This document shows positions 43,642 through 63,538 of a DNA stretch of 64,000 nt, one piece after another (position 1 is the first letter of the stretch; each line of letters begins with the position of its first letter). Under the pieces are notes generated by a model that saw only the letters and a list, made by a program, of their open reading frames with translations, ran no database searches and was not told where the DNA came from. A program made the translations under genes and the position numbers. The stretch is from Alphaproteobacteria bacterium (lineage in GTDB: Bacteria > Pseudomonadota > Alphaproteobacteria > UBA828), in the NCBI GenBank assembly GCA_963422645.2, contig CAXXVO010000005.1, positions 256,001 to 320,000 on the forward strand, read 5' to 3'.

Positions 43642-45529
43642 GTAACTGCCCAGGTCGTCTGATTTGTCATTTTGGGCCAGTGGATTGAGGCGTTTCTCGT
43701 TCGGAGTTGGTGGAAAGGGCTTGACGGGAATTTCGGGAAATGACTCAACAACGACATGAGCAATCCCGAGTCGCCGCGCGGCCCTTCGACGGGAGCAGCG
43801 CCCGAAACGCCCGCGCAGAAGATCGCCCGCCTGGAGGAGGAGAACGCCCGGCTTCGGGAGGAAAATGCCTGGCTTCGGCAGCAGAACGCGCGGCTGGAAG
43901 AGCAAGTCGCGCGTCTCGTCGAGCGCATCGAGGAGTTGGAGCGCCGTCTCGGCCTCAACAGCGGCAACAGCGGCAAGCCGCCTTCGAGCGATGGGCTGAG
44001 GAAGCCGAATTCGAAGCGGCGAACCCGAAGCCTGCGCGGCAAATCGGGCCGCAAGCCCGGTGGCCAGCCCGGCCACAAGGGCAAGACGCTGCGCCGCGCC
44101 GATCACCCGGATCGGGTGAAGGATCACGTCCCGGCTTCCTGCAAGGGATGCGGTTCGCCGCTTTCGGACGCGGCCAGGGCGGGAACGCCCGTCGCCCGCC
44201 AGGTGTTCGATCTGCCCGAGCCGAGCCCCCTGGAGGTGACCGAGCACCGGGCGCATGCCAAGTGCTGCGGGCATTGCGGGACGGTGACCCGGGCGGCGTT
44301 CCCCGACGGGGTGTCGGCGCCGGTGCAGTACGGCCCGCGCATTGCCGGGGTGGCGGTCTACCTTCAGCACGCTCACTTCCTGCCGGAGGATCGGCTGTCG
44401 CAGGTGATGGCCGAGCTCTTCGGCGCGCCGGTGACGGCTGCGACGTTGGCGACGATGAGCGAGAGGGCGGCCGAGCGGCTGCGGGACGCGGCCTTGCACA
44501 TACAGGACCTGGCGGCGGGCACGGCGCGGGTGAAACACATGGACGAGACCGGCTTGCGGATCGGCGGTCAGACGCAGTGGCTTCATGTGATCTGCACGCC
44601 GCTGCTGGCGGCGTACCGGGTCAGCGGCAAGCGCGGCGCCCTGCTCTCGGGTGTCTCCGGCATCGTCGTGCACGATCACTGGAAGCCGTACTTCGCGATG
44701 GAAGGGGTGGAGCACGGCCTGTGCAACGCCCATCACCTGCGGGAGTTGCAGGCGCTGGTGGACATCGAAGGGGAGGCTTGGGCCCGGCGGATGCAGCAGC
44801 TCCTGCGCCGAGCCAATCGCGCCGCCCGCATCGCGCTGGACAAGGATATCGCCGTTCCGGCGAGGCTTGTGGCGCTGATCGAGCGCCGATACGACGAGAT
44901 CATCGCCGATGCGCTGGCCTTTCACGAGAGCCAACCACCGTTCTCGCCTGGCAAGAGGAAGAAGCGCCGGAAGCGAAGGATCGGTCACAATCTGGCCTTG
45001 AGGCTGCGCGACCACAAATGCGCGGTGCTCCGGTTCCTGATCGACCTCGAGGTCGGGTTCACGAACAACGAGGCCGAGCGCGACCTTCGGATGATGAAGC
45101 TGCGCCAGAAGATCTCCGGGGGCTTCCGGTCCGCGCAGGGGGCCGAGAACTTCGCCATCCTGCGCAGCGTCATCACCACCGCCAGAAAGCAGGGCTGGAA
45201 TATCATCGAAGCCCTGACCAGCCCATCGGATCGGCTCATCGCCACCGTCAAGTGCGCGTAAGCTCACCTGGCACGGGTTCTCCAACAGCGGAGCCATTCT
45301 CATAAACGATCATGGTCGACGCCGTGCTGGACCACCCCATAGAATGAAAATCGGTGCCCGTCGCGCGGGCGGACTTCGGGCCACATCGGGGTAGCTTACC
45401 GGTCGCAGTCCGCAAGAGGGGCATCGTGAGCTGTGAAACCCGGCGACCACAGAGGAGCACACGGGCGTCGCGTGGGTAGCGTTGTGCCGAATCCCAGAGA
45501 ATTTTCACAGCAAGAACCTGGGCAGTTAC
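43642..45529 (+). mobile_element. IS66-family element, single-ORF (ISBst12-group) type
   Basis: TIRs GTAACTGCCCAGGT / ACCTGGGCAGTTAC; 8-bp TSD AGGAAGAC at 43634-43641 and 45530-45537. Confidence 0.96.
43756..45261 (+). CDS. IS66-family transposase
   Basis: Leucine zipper, NSGKPPSSD, GGQPGHKG, zinc finger, HMDETG, VHD, CNAHHLREL and TNNEAERDLR. Confidence 0.95.
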   Translation: MSNPESPRGPSTGAAPETPAQKIARLEEENARLREENAWLRQQNARLEEQVARLVERIEELERRLGLNSGNSGKPPSSDGLRKPNSKRRTRSLRGKSGRKPGGQPGHKGKTLRRADHPDRVKDHVPASCKGCGSPLSDAARAGTPVARQVFDLPEPSPLEVTEHRAHAKCCGHCGTVTRAAFPDGVSAPVQYGPRIAGVAVYLQHAHFLPEDRLSQVMAELFGAPVTAATLATMSERAAERLRDAALHIQDLAAGTARVKHMDETGLRIGGQTQWLHVICTPLLAAYRVSGKRGALLSGVSGIVVHDHWKPYFAMEGVEHGLCNAHHLRELQALVDIEGEAWARRMQQLLRRANRAARIALDKDIAVPARLVALIERRYDEIIADALAFHESQPPFSPGKRKKRRKRRIGHNLALRLRDHKCAVLRFLIDLEVGFTNNEAERDLRMMKLRQKISGGFRSAQGAENFAILRSVITTARKQGWNIIEALTSPSDRLIATVKCA

Positions 45530-45880
45530 AGGAAGACTCGGAGCGCATCGGCGCCGTTGGGCAGCCACGAGAGCACGTGGTCGCCCTGGCGCACGCCGAG
45601 CGCCTGCAGGGCGATGGCGGTCTTGATGACCTCGGCCCGGGTGCGTGCGTAGCTCCACGCCGTGCCGTCCTCGAAGACGCAGAAGATCTTGTCCGGGGTC
45701 GCCGCAGCCAGCCGGTCGAGCAGGTAGCGCAGCACGCACCTGTCCGCCGCAGGGATGCGCGGATCGCTGTGTGACGCCGCAGGGTGCTCCACCGCCCTCG
45801 CTCGCTCGTTGCCTGCCGTCTCGGACGGCCCCTTGTAGCCCGGAGCCGGCTTTGGATTAACCCGGATTTCTTGCCGCAGG

Positions 45881-47023
45881 TCAGGCGTCGGTGAGCGCGG
45901 CGTCGAGGGCGCGTTGCAGCGTCGCGGCGGCGCTCTCGATCCCGTGCTCTTCCTGCACCCGTGCCGCTGCCGCCGCGCTCATCGCCTGGCGCCTTTCGAC
46001 GTTGGTGGAAAGCTCGACCACCGCGCCGGCGAAGGCCACGTCGTCGTGGCGCGGCGTGAGCAGCCCTGTCTCGCCATTGGCGACCACTGCGGCAGCGCCG
46101 GGCCAGTCCTGCGCCACGACCGGGAGGCCCGCCGCCTGCGCCTCCAGCATGGCCATGCCGAGGACCTCCTGATAGGCGGGCCAGACGAAGAGATCGCAGG
46201 CCGCATAGAGCGCCGGCAGCGCGTCCTCCGCGCGGGCGCCGGCGAAGACCGCCACGTCCGGCCCAAGCGGTGCCAGCGCCTCCTCCACCAGCCACCGCGC
46301 CTCCCCCTCGCCGACGACAACCAGTTGCCAGGGCGGGTTCGCGATGAGGTTGAGCGAACGCCCCAGCAGGCGCCAGGAGGCAAGGGAGGCGCCGGTCTGC
46401 ATGGGTGCGACCGTCAGCAGCCACGGGCGTTCCAGATCGAGTGTCAGCTCTGCCGCGAGCGCTCGGCGTGCCGCGCTGCGGTGAATCGCCCGGTAGGGCG
46501 CGAGGTCGAGGAAGGGCGCCAGCCGGTAGAGCCGCGCGGTGCTCGGGACCAGCGGCCTGATGCTCTCTTCGTCCTCGGCGGTCAGCGAGAATACCGCCCG
46601 CGCCCGCGCGATGGCGCGGGCCGTGTACGAGAGCCAGCGCGCGTGAGCGCCGCCGGCCTCGGCCCGGGCGTAGGATGCGCCCGCCAGCAGATAGGGGATG
46701 CCGAGCACTTCGGCCACGGCGGGGCCGATCAGGTCCGGCGCGGTGTGGCGCAGGTCGCAGGTGAGCCACGCTTTGGGCCGGGCGACGGCGGGCAGGTCCC
46801 GATAGGCGATGACGAGGCGGCGGGCGCGCGCGGCGGCCTTTCGCTCCAGTGCCGTATGCCGGCGGCTCTCTCCGGCGTTCCCATCGCTCCGAAACTCGGT
46901 AGGCGCAATCGCCTGATGACCGGCAGCGTCGAGCGCCCGCGCGATCAGGTGCATCAGCCGCGGTCCACCCCACGGTGCGCTCGGGTCGGGACGAGCGGCG
47001 GGCGTGTAGAGCGCGATTGGCAT
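45881..47023 (-). CDS. Glycosyltransferase family 4 protein
   Basis: DLFVWPAYQEVLGMAMLEAQAAGLPVV and GETGLL. Confidence 0.88.
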   Translation of the reverse strand: MPIALYTPAARPDPSAPWGGPRLMHLIARALDAAGHQAIAPTEFRSDGNAGESRRHTALERKAAARARRLVIAYRDLPAVARPKAWLTCDLRHTAPDLIGPAVAEVLGIPYLLAGASYARAEAGGAHARWLSYTARAIARARAVFSLTAEDEESIRPLVPSTARLYRLAPFLDLAPYRAIHRSAARRALAAELTLDLERPWLLTVAPMQTGASLASWRLLGRSLNLIANPPWQLVVVGEGEARWLVEEALAPLGPDVAVFAGARAEDALPALYAACDLFVWPAYQEVLGMAMLEAQAAGLPVVAQDWPGAAAVVANGETGLLTPRHDDVAFAGAVVELSTNVERRQAMSAAAAARVQEEHGIESAAATLQRALDAALTDA

Positions 47024-47120
47024 GTCAGGCGGCGGGCAGCAGCACTGCCGGTGCAGCGGGGTTTGCGCCCCCTACCCTCCATCGGCGAATATCCGGCGCC
47101 AGCAACAGGGAGGATCCCCG

Positions 47121-47828
47121 GTGACCGAGACACCCCTCAACGAGTCCGAATTGGCCGCTCTGCGCGCCTACGACACGCCCACGATCTGCAACGCGCTCGA
47201 GATCGTCTGCCCCGAGCGCCGCGCCATCGGCTTCACGACCGAGACGCTGATCTGCTCTTTCCCCGACCTCGCGCCGATGGTGGGCTACGCGCGCACCGCG
47301 ACGATCCGCTCGATGGAAAAGCCCGCGAAGGACGGCGACGCCATGGCCACCGACCGCGTGGCCTACTACCGCTATGTGGAGGAGGGCCACGGGCCGTCCA
47401 TCATGGTGATCCAGGATGTCGACTCCCGGCCGGGCGCGGCCTCCTGGTGGGGGGAGGTACATTCCGCCGTGCATCAGGCCCTGGGCTGCCTCGGCGTCGT
47501 GACCAATGGCGCGGTCCGCGATCTCGACATGATCGCCGACGGCTTCCAGTTCCTCTCGGGTACTGTGGTGCCCTCCCACGCCTGGGTCCATCTGGTGAGC
47601 CACGGCGAGCCCGTGGACGTGAGCGGCATGCTGACGCACTCGGGCGACCTGGTGCACGCGGACCGCCACGGCGCGGCCATCATCCCGCATGAGGCGGCAC
47701 GCGACGTGCCGGCGGCGGCCGAGCTCTGCATGCGCCGGGAGGCGCCGATCCTGGCTGCGTGCAAGGAGCCGGACTTCTCGGCGGACGTGATGGAGCGGGT
47801 TCTGCGCGAGGCGAATGAGATTCATTAG
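47121..47828 (+). CDS. RraA / HMG-aldolase family protein
   Basis: DTPTICNALE, WGEV, GVVTNGAVRD and GDLVHADRHG. Confidence 0.88.
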   Translation: MTETPLNESELAALRAYDTPTICNALEIVCPERRAIGFTTETLICSFPDLAPMVGYARTATIRSMEKPAKDGDAMATDRVAYYRYVEEGHGPSIMVIQDVDSRPGAASWWGEVHSAVHQALGCLGVVTNGAVRDLDMIADGFQFLSGTVVPSHAWVHLVSHGEPVDVSGMLTHSGDLVHADRHGAAIIPHEAARDVPAAAELCMRREAPILAACKEPDFSADVMERVLREANEIH

Positions 47829-47858
47829 AGCGTGCCCGTCTGAAACGGAAACGCTCTA
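47826..47858. repeat. TAGAGCGT...ACGCTCTA palindrome containing the stop codons of both convergent genes
   Basis: TAGAGCGTGCCCGTCTGAAACGGAAACGCTCTA; same family as 40415-40443. Confidence 0.75.
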
Positions 47859-48620
47859 GCCCGCGCGCGAGGCGGCCCTGTCGCGGGCGGCCTCGCCGAA
47901 CGCGTCGAAGAGCGCCATCGAGAAGGGGTCCTCCGTCACTTTCCACTCGGGGTGCCACTGCACGCCGAGCGCGAACGCCGGCGCGTCGGTGACGCGCACG
48001 GCCTCGATCTGGCCGTCCGGGGCGACCGCCTCGATGGCGAGCCGGGGCGCGGGGCTGTCGATCCCCTGGGCATGCAGCGAGTTGACCGTGACCTCGCTCG
48101 TGGGCCAGAGGGAGGCCAGCAGACCGCCGGCGGCAAGCGTCACCTGATGGGCGGGCCCGTACTGCACGTCGCGGGGCTGGTCATCGTCCGAGCGATGGTC
48201 GATCCGCCCCGGCACGCGGTGAAGCTCCTGATGGAGACTGCCGCCAAGGGCGACGTTTAGCTCCTGAAAGCCGCGGCAGATGCAGAGAATGGGAATCCCT
48301 GCGTCGATCGCGTTCCGGATCAAGGGCAGCGTCGTCGCGTCGCGCTCCGGGTCGTGGAGCGTTCCGTCGGCGCTCGGCGGCCCATCATAGTGAGCCGGCT
48401 CCACGTTCGAGGGGCTTCCGGTGAAGAGCAGGCCGTCGCAGCGGTCCAGCACCGCGTCCTGGTCCAGCGCCCCGCCGAGTGCGGGCAGCGCCACGGGCAG
48501 CCCGCCTGCGGCGGCCACTACCGCCCGCATGTACTTGTCGCCGACGACGTGGAAGGGGTGGATGCCGATATCCCGCACACAGGCGGGGAGGCCAATCAGG
48601 GGAACCGGCGGTGCGGTCAT
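47856..48620 (-). CDS. Gamma-glutamyl-gamma-aminobutyrate hydrolase family (peptidase C26, PuuD-like)
   Basis: GLLFTGSPSNVEP, ICRGFQELNV, VNSLHAQ and GVQWHPE. Confidence 0.92.
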   Translation of the reverse strand: MTAPPVPLIGLPACVRDIGIHPFHVVGDKYMRAVVAAAGGLPVALPALGGALDQDAVLDRCDGLLFTGSPSNVEPAHYDGPPSADGTLHDPERDATTLPLIRNAIDAGIPILCICRGFQELNVALGGSLHQELHRVPGRIDHRSDDDQPRDVQYGPAHQVTLAAGGLLASLWPTSEVTVNSLHAQGIDSPAPRLAIEAVAPDGQIEAVRVTDAPAFALGVQWHPEWKVTEDPFSMALFDAFGEAARDRAASRAG

Positions 48621-48626
48621 GCCGGC

Positions 48627-49985
48627 TCAGCTATCACGGGGCTGATCTGCGGGCAAGAAGCCGCCGCGCCGCTGGATTCCCAGATAGATTGCGCCGAGCC
48701 CCGCGCCCCGCACCACGTAGAGCAGCGTCATCGCGAGCCAGAGGCCGTGATTGCCCATGGGCTCGCGCAGCAGCCAGGCGCAAGGTGTAAAGACGGCGAA
48801 CGCCAGCATCATCGTGTTCCGCATGTCGGCGGTGCGCGTAGTGCCGGTGAACACGCCATCGAGGAAGATACCCCAGACCGCCACCAGCGGCAGCGCGATC
48901 AGCCAGGGCAGGAAATCGTACGCCACGGCGCGCACATCCTCGATATCGGTGAGCACGCGGACAATCGGCGCACCGGCGAGGCCATAGATGGCGACCGTCA
49001 GGAAGGCGAGCGCGAAGCACCACAGGAAGCAGACGCGGATGGCGCGGGTCATGTCGTCGCGCCGCCTGGCGCCCAGCGCACGGCCGGTGAGCGCCTCGGC
49101 GGCGAAGGCGAAGCCGTCGAAGCCGAAGTTGAGGAAGACCACGAAGTTGAGCAGCACCGCGTTCGCGGCGAGCACCACGTCGCCCTGGCGCGCGCTGAGG
49201 GTCGTGAACAGCGCGAACGCCGTGATGACGAAGAGCGTGCGCAGGAAGATATCGCGGTTGATGCCGAGGAAGCGCCGCATGGCGGCAGTATCGAGCACGA
49301 GGCGGGCGCGCCAGCGGCCACCATGGCGCTGCGCGAGGCGGGCGGTGACGGCGATGCCCAGAATCAGCCCTGAATAGTCGGCGGCCACCGTGGCCCAGGC
49401 GACTCCGGGGACGCCGAGCTCATAGATGAACACCAGCACCAGGTCCAACACGATGTTGATGCCGTTGACGGTGAGCAGCAGCGCCAGCGCCGCGCGGGTG
49501 TTCTGCATCCCGATGAACCAGCCGACGAGCGCGATGTTGGCGAGAGTGGCCGGCGCTCCCCAGATGCGAATGAAGAAGTAGCGCGCGCCCTCGCTGGCAA
49601 CCGCCTCGCTCGGCTCGACCAGATAGAAGGCGAGCCAGCCGATCGGCCCCTGCAGCGCGAGAAGCGCGAGCGCGAGAACAAGCCCAATTATTAGCGCGCG
49701 GGCGAGCGTGGCGCGTGTCTCGTCACGATCGCGGGCACCGAAGGCCTGGGCGGTGAGCCCCGTGGTGCCCATGCGCAGGAAGTTGCAGCCGAAATAGAGG
49801 GTGTTGAATATCAGCGCGCCGACCGCGACCGCCCCGAGAAAGTGCGGCTCGGGCAAGTGACCGATCACCGCCGTATCGACCGCGCCGAGCAGCGGGATCG
49901 ACAGGTTGGAGACGACCATCGGCCAGGCCAGCCGCCAGACCCGCCGATGCCAGGCCCAATCACCCATCGGCAGCAACCGCCGCAT
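48627..49985 (-). CDS. MATE-family efflux transporter (DinF-like)
   Basis: PLLGAVDTAVIGHL, FLRMGTTGL and NIVLD; multiple transmembrane helices. Confidence 0.92.
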   Translation of the reverse strand: MRRLLPMGDWAWHRRVWRLAWPMVVSNLSIPLLGAVDTAVIGHLPEPHFLGAVAVGALIFNTLYFGCNFLRMGTTGLTAQAFGARDRDETRATLARALIIGLVLALALLALQGPIGWLAFYLVEPSEAVASEGARYFFIRIWGAPATLANIALVGWFIGMQNTRAALALLLTVNGINIVLDLVLVFIYELGVPGVAWATVAADYSGLILGIAVTARLAQRHGGRWRARLVLDTAAMRRFLGINRDIFLRTLFVITAFALFTTLSARQGDVVLAANAVLLNFVVFLNFGFDGFAFAAEALTGRALGARRRDDMTRAIRVCFLWCFALAFLTVAIYGLAGAPIVRVLTDIEDVRAVAYDFLPWLIALPLVAVWGIFLDGVFTGTTRTADMRNTMMLAFAVFTPCAWLLREPMGNHGLWLAMTLLYVVRGAGLGAIYLGIQRRGGFLPADQPRDS

Positions 49986-50027
49986 CAAGTCTTAGCTCCG
50001 GCGGCGGGGCGGCCGGGCGGTGACCGC

Positions 50028-50687
50028 TTATGGTCGACCGGTCTGCTTCTTGCGCGGGTCGTCGAACACGAAGAGCCTGCGCGGCAGCCTGATGTTGGTC
50101 CTGAGGTTGTGCAGGGTAACCGTGGTGGCGCGCCCCTGGGCGTCTCTCACCCGCCAATGGGTGAGGCGCAGCGGATCGGAGTCCAGGAACAGGGTCAGGC
50201 TCCCGCCGGTCGGGTCATCCTCCTGCACCACTGTAATCCCGATGCGCCCGCCGCGCTCCATGAATGCCGTTACATCGACGTCCTCGCCGAAGCGCGTCAC
50301 CTCCTTCGTGAGCGCGCCCAGCGGCGTGTCGTAGATGAACCAGTCGTCGATCTGGCCAAGCTCCTTGTCGTGATAGTGAATCAGGAAGCCGTCGCCGACG
50401 ATGAGCACAGGCACCGGCGGCGCGTATTCCACGCGGAGCAGGCCCGGCCGGCGCATGTAGATGACCCCTTCGGCGGGTTCGCCGTCGGGCCCGACCTGCG
50501 TGAAGTCCGCCTTCAGGGTCTGAAGCCCGTTCAGGTAGCCTTCCACGGCGGCGAGGGTTTTCCGCGCCGCTTCATCGAGGACGATAGAATTCGCAGCCTG
50601 AGCGGGCGTGGGCTGGACGGCAGTAAGCCAGGCCGCGAGCATCGGGGCGAGGCATAGGAGAGCGGCAGCGCGGATCAACATCGGCAT
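50028..50687 (-). CDS. lolA: Outer-membrane lipoprotein carrier protein LolA
   Basis: Signal peptide, ADFTQ, RPGLLRVEY and TPL; downstream of ftsK. Confidence 0.88.
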   Translation of the reverse strand: MPMLIRAAALLCLAPMLAAWLTAVQPTPAQAANSIVLDEAARKTLAAVEGYLNGLQTLKADFTQVGPDGEPAEGVIYMRRPGLLRVEYAPPVPVLIVGDGFLIHYHDKELGQIDDWFIYDTPLGALTKEVTRFGEDVDVTAFMERGGRIGITVVQEDDPTGGSLTLFLDSDPLRLTHWRVRDAQGRATTVTLHNLRTNIRLPRRLFVFDDPRKKQTGRP

Positions 50688-50741
50688 GGTGTGGAATGTA
50701 AGGTGCGCGGGCCGCGCGAACAATCACATGTCGTTGATGGC

Positions 50742-53159
50742 TCAGCCGGCCGAGTGGTCGGAGACCAGCACCTCGCGCTTGCCGACATGGTTGGCCTGGC
50801 TGATGACGCCTTCGCTCTCCATCCGCTCGATGATCCGGGCGGCTCGGTTGTAGCCGATCTGGAGATGGCGCTGCACGAAGCTGGTGGAGGCCTTGCGCTC
50901 GGCCGCGACCAGCGCCACGGCCCGGTCGTAGAGCGGGTCCTCGTCGCCGCCCTCGTCGATCCCGGCGGCGGCCGTATCGGGCTCTTCGGTGATCCCCTCG
51001 ATGTAGTTGGGCCGCCCGCTGGCGCGCAGGAAGTCGGTCACACGCTCGACCTCCGCATCGCTCACGAAGGGACCGTGCACCCGCGCCACGCGCCCGCCCG
51101 CACTGAGATAGAGCATGTCGCCCTGGCCCAGCAGCTGCTCGGCGCCCGCCTCGCCGAGGATGGTGCGGCTGTCGATCTTGGACGTGACCTGGAAGCTGAT
51201 CCGTGTCGGGAAGTTGGCCTTGATGGTGCCGGTAATGACATCGACCGAGGGCCGCTGCGTGGCCATGATCAGGTGGATGCCGGCGGCACGCGCCATTTGC
51301 GCCAGCCTCTGCACCGCGCCCTCGATGTCCTTGCCCGCGACCAGCATGAGGTCGGCCATCTCGTCCACGACGACGACGATGAAGGGCATGGGCGTGAGGT
51401 CGATCTCGAATTCTTCGTGGATCGGCGCGCCGGTCTCGGCGTCCATGCCGACGTTGACCCGCCAGGTGAGCTGCTCGCCCTTCGCCCGGGCTTCGGCGAG
51501 CCGCTTGTTGTAGCCCGAGATATTGCGTACCCCGAGCTTCGACATCGCCTTGTAGCGGGACTCCATCTCCCGCACGGTCCACTTCAGCGCGACGACCGCC
51601 TTGGCGGGCTCGGTCACCACTGGCGTGAGCAGGTGCGGAATGTCGTCGTAGACCGAGAGTTCCAGCATCTTGGGGTCGATCATGATCAGCTTGCACTGGT
51701 CCGGCGGCAGCCGATAGAGCAGTGACAGGATCATGCTGTTGATCGCGACCGACTTGCCCGAGCCGGTGGTTCCGGCGACCAGAAGGTGGGGCATGCGCGC
51801 GAGATCCGCCATCACCGGGTTGCCGCCGATATCCTTGCCGAGCGCGAGCGTGAGGCTGGACTCGGTGCTCTCGTATGCGGCGCTCGCCAGCAACTCGCGC
51901 AGCAGCACGGTCTCGCGTTGCCCATTGGGCAGCTCGATGCCAATGACGCTGCGCCCGGGAATCGTCGCCGCGCGGACCGAAATCGCACTCATCGAGCGCG
52001 CGATGTCGTCGGCGAGCCCGATCACCCGCGAGGTTCGCGTGCCCGGCTGCGGCTCGAGCTCGTAGAGCGTGACCACGGGCCCCGGCCTGACCTGAGTGAT
52101 CTCGCCGAAGACCCGGAAATCCTCGAGCACGGAGACCAGCATCCCCGCGTTCTGCTTCAGCCCCTCTTCACTCGCGCTATTTGCCTTGTTGGCAGCATCC
52201 GCGTCAGCGAGAAGCGCGAGCGGCGGCATCGTGTATTTGACACTGTCCTCGAGATCGAGGTCGGGCTGGCGCTCCTTCTTCTCCCGCTTGCCAGGCTTCG
52301 CCTTGCGCCGGGGCTTCTCGACGATGCTGGGCTCGGCCGGCTGTTCCTCCACCGCGGTCGGTGCCACAGGTAGCAGGCTCGGCTCGCGCCGGCGCCCGCT
52401 CTTAGTCTTCTCGGCAGATCGCGCGAAGCGTCGCGGCCTGTCCGGGGGTGCGGCCTGCTCGTCGTCCTCGATGCCGGCCGCCCGGTCTCCGCTCCTGCCG
52501 GAGGACCAACGGGCAGCCCAGGCGGCGCAGCTGACCACGCTGCGCAAGAGCCAATAGGCGCCCCGAAAGAGCTGGCGCCACTCGCGCCAAGGTACTCCGA
52601 GTGCAAAGACCAGCGCACCTGCGGCGGCAACCAGGAACACCGCACCGATGCCGGCGGCGGTCATCCCGGTGGCGTTGCCGAGCCCCGCCGAGCCCAGCGC
52701 GGACAGCGCAAGCTCGCCTGCGGCCCCGCCCGCCCCGGCAGCGGCTGGCCAGTCGGCAATACCCAGCGACGCGCAGCCGACTGCGGCGAGCAGGACGGAG
52801 AGCGGCGCGAGGGCGAAGCGCACCAGCCGCCGCGTCAGCCCGCGATGGCTGAGCAGAGCCCAGGCCCAGGCCGCGAGAATCGCCGGCACCAACGCGGCAG
52901 CGAGGCCGAGCCACTGCAGCAGAAGGTCCGCGCCGTAGGCGCCGGGGCGGCCGACCAGATTGGCGGGCGTGCCGCCGCCTGCGCTGTTGAAGGAGGGATC
53001 GGCTGCCGAATACGTGATCAGCGCGACCGCCAAGACGGCCGCAATGCCGCCGAGCGCGAGCCCTCCCAACTCGCTCAATCGGCGCGCGAAGAAGGGACCC
53101 GAGCCCGTGGGCAGAAGTGGCACGCGTGCTTCGCGTTCGGCAGTCGCTGCCAACGTCAA
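50742..53159 (-). CDS. ftsK: DNA translocase FtsK
   Basis: N-terminal transmembrane domain, [30 protein letters not shown] and gamma-domain IGYNRAA. Confidence 0.97.
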   Translation of the reverse strand: MTLAATAEREARVPLLPTGSGPFFARRLSELGGLALGGIAAVLAVALITYSAADPSFNSAGGGTPANLVGRPGAYGADLLLQWLGLAAALVPAILAAWAWALLSHRGLTRRLVRFALAPLSVLLAAVGCASLGIADWPAAAGAGGAAGELALSALGSAGLGNATGMTAAGIGAVFLVAAAGALVFALGVPWREWRQLFRGAYWLLRSVVSCAAWAARWSSGRSGDRAAGIEDDEQAAPPDRPRRFARSAEKTKSGRRREPSLLPVAPTAVEEQPAEPSIVEKPRRKAKPGKREKKERQPDLDLEDSVKYTMPPLALLADADAANKANSASEEGLKQNAGMLVSVLEDFRVFGEITQVRPGPVVTLYELEPQPGTRTSRVIGLADDIARSMSAISVRAATIPGRSVIGIELPNGQRETVLLRELLASAAYESTESSLTLALGKDIGGNPVMADLARMPHLLVAGTTGSGKSVAINSMILSLLYRLPPDQCKLIMIDPKMLELSVYDDIPHLLTPVVTEPAKAVVALKWTVREMESRYKAMSKLGVRNISGYNKRLAEARAKGEQLTWRVNVGMDAETGAPIHEEFEIDLTPMPFIVVVVDEMADLMLVAGKDIEGAVQRLAQMARAAGIHLIMATQRPSVDVITGTIKANFPTRISFQVTSKIDSRTILGEAGAEQLLGQGDMLYLSAGGRVARVHGPFVSDAEVERVTDFLRASGRPNYIEGITEEPDTAAAGIDEGGDEDPLYDRAVALVAAERKASTSFVQRHLQIGYNRAARIIERMESEGVISQANHVGKREVLVSDHSAG

Positions 53160-53208
53160 CTCCCACCTGCGTCCGATGCCGAATCGAACATCGCATCCAT
53201 TACAGGGG

Positions 53209-53237
53209 TTTATATAGTTATGTTACGGAGGAGTCAA
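53209..53237 (-). promoter_or_regulatory. Putative sigma70 promoter of ftsK
   Basis: Minus strand TTGACT-17 bp-TATAAA, 49 bp upstream of the TTG start. Confidence 0.6.
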
Positions 53238-53298
53238 AACTGAGGCATTTGGATCAAAGCGGGTACAAAAGCCCCGGCACCTGTGATCCCCGTTCCCC

Positions 53299-53727
53299 TT
53301 AGAACGAGACGCAGGCCTCCGTCACGACGCGGAGCACGCTCGATTGGCCGAAAGCCCGCTTGTACGCGTCTGCGATCTCATCCGTGCGCCGCATGGCGTC
53401 CTTGCCCGGCGGAGCGAGGACGAGCAGGAGCTTGGTGCGCTCCCGCACGATCTTTTCCGAGCCGTCGCGCCACTGCCCCGCAGCATCGAGCACGCTAAGG
53501 CCGTCCGGAAAGCGGGGCGTAACCTCCTCGGCGAGGAAGGCGCGCCAAGCCTCCTCGCTCACCACCTCGACGTCGCCCTGGCTCCGTCCGAAGAAGAGCC
53601 TGTATTCGGCGAATAGCTCGGTGCCGGACGGGCAGGTCGCTGCATTGGCACCGGGCGTGGGCGCGGCGGCAAACGCGAGGCCCGCGAGGGCCGCCGCAGC
53701 CACGAGGCGGCGCGCCCGCGCGATCAT
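53299..53727 (-). CDS. DUF3574-like secreted protein
   Basis: Signal peptide, LFFGRS, WRAFLAEEVTPRFPDGLSV and YKRAFGQSSV. Confidence 0.82.
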   Translation of the reverse strand: MIARARRLVAAAALAGLAFAAAPTPGANAATCPSGTELFAEYRLFFGRSQGDVEVVSEEAWRAFLAEEVTPRFPDGLSVLDAAGQWRDGSEKIVRERTKLLLVLAPPGKDAMRRTDEIADAYKRAFGQSSVLRVVTEACVSF

Positions 53728-53756
53728 GGTTCGTACGCTGCTGTGCGCTCGCGCGC

Positions 53757-62369
<8,613 letters not shown>

Positions 62370-62569
62370 GGTACCCCTCTCGGACTCTCGGCTCCGGCCG
62401 CGGCTTGAGCGCCGCGGCGGGCCGTGGGTTAGTCGTTACGTGCGGTGCGGCGGCACACGCCGCGCAGCCGTGGCCGCGCGGAGTCGTACCCGCCCACGCC
62501 GCAGCGCGACAGCGGGGCCGGTGCTACCCGGCACGTGACCGGGCGTGCGCCGGCGATAGCCAATCGTCG

Positions 62570-62947
62570 CTACTTGACCTCGACGGTCGCGCCGGCAGCT
62601 TCGAGCTGCTCCTTCATCTTGGCTGCGTCGTCCTTGGACACGTCTTCCTTGACCGCGTTCGGCACGCCCTCGACCAGCGCCTTGGCCTCCTTGAGGCCGA
62701 GGCTGGTGATCGCGCGCACTTCCTTGATCACGTTGATCTTCTTCTCGCCGAAGGATGTCAGCACCACGGTGAATTCGGTCTGCTCTTCGGCCTCCTCGGC
62801 CGCTGGCGCGGCACCGGGGGCGGCGGCGATGGCAACGGGGGCGGCCGCGGAGACCCCCCACTTCTCCTCGAGCATCTTGCTCAACTCGGAGGCCTCGATC
62901 ACCGTCAGGGTCGAAAGCTCGTCTGCAATTTTGGCTAGATCAGCCAT
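62570..62947 (-). CDS. rplL: 50S ribosomal protein L7/L12
   Basis: [10 protein letters not shown] and [20 protein letters not shown]. Confidence 0.98.
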   Translation of the reverse strand: MADLAKIADELSTLTVIEASELSKMLEEKWGVSAAAPVAIAAAPGAAPAAEEAEEQTEFTVVLTSFGEKKINVIKEVRAITSLGLKEAKALVEGVPNAVKEDVSKDDAAKMKEQLEAAGATVEVK

Positions 62948-62995
62948 GTCGTTAGTCTCCTGGGGGGTTGGACTATTCTTGGTGTGCGTTGGCTA

Positions 62996-63538
62996 TTAAT
63001 CGCCGGCTGGGTCGCTCTTGCTGGCGGTGTCTCCTTGTTCAGAATAGGCGTTGAGGACGCGCGCGAGCTGGCCTGCCGGCGCGCTCAGCACGGCGGCGAT
63101 CTTGGTCGCCGGCGCATTCAGCACACCGATCAGCTGGGCACGTAGCGTATCGAGCGAGGGCAGCTCTGCGAGCGAGCGCACATCGCCCCGATCGAGCGCG
63201 GCGCCGCCGAGGGCGCCGCCCACGATGATCAGCTTCTCGTTCCCCTTGGCGTAGGTCACCGCGACCCTGGCCGCGGCCACCGGATCGTCCGAATAGGCGA
63301 TCGCGCTGGTGCCCGTGAAGAGGTCCGCGAGCGGGGCGAAGGACGTGCCTTCGACCGCCCGCTTCGCGAGCCGGTTCTTGGTGACGCGGAAGGTGGCGCC
63401 GGCCGCGCGCATCTGGCGGCGCAGGTCGGAGGCCTCCGCCACCGAGAGCCCGCTGAACTGCGTGACGACGACGAGATTCGTGTTCTCGAAGATGCCGCGC
63501 AGGGCTTCGACGATCTCTTCCTTCTTGACTCGTTCCAC
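62996..63538 (-). CDS. rplJ: 50S ribosomal protein L10
   Basis: GLSVAE..DLR, RVTKNRLAK and LAELPSLDTLRAQL. Confidence 0.97.
   Translation of the reverse strand: MERVKKEEIVEALRGIFENTNLVVVTQFSGLSVAEASDLRRQMRAAGATFRVTKNRLAKRAVEGTSFAPLADLFTGTSAIAYSDDPVAAARVAVTYAKGNEKLIIVGGALGGAALDRGDVRSLAELPSLDTLRAQLIGVLNAPATKIAAVLSAPAGQLARVLNAYSEQGDTASKSDPAGD

Larger units (their letters stand above)
42262..45792 (-). pseudogene. AMP-dependent acyl-CoA ligase (CaiC-like), interrupted by IS66
   Basis: N-terminal part 45530-45792 (GVRQGDHV) and C-terminal part 42262-43641 (FTSGTTGPSK, GWFHTGD, DRLKDTIRRRGENISS) join in frame once the IS and one TSD are removed. Confidence 0.92.

Noticed and set aside
42262-45303. 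1013-aa ORF as a novel fusion protein
   Set aside because: It is the antisense frame of the IS66 transposase reading through the TIR into the 3' part of the interrupted CoA ligase.
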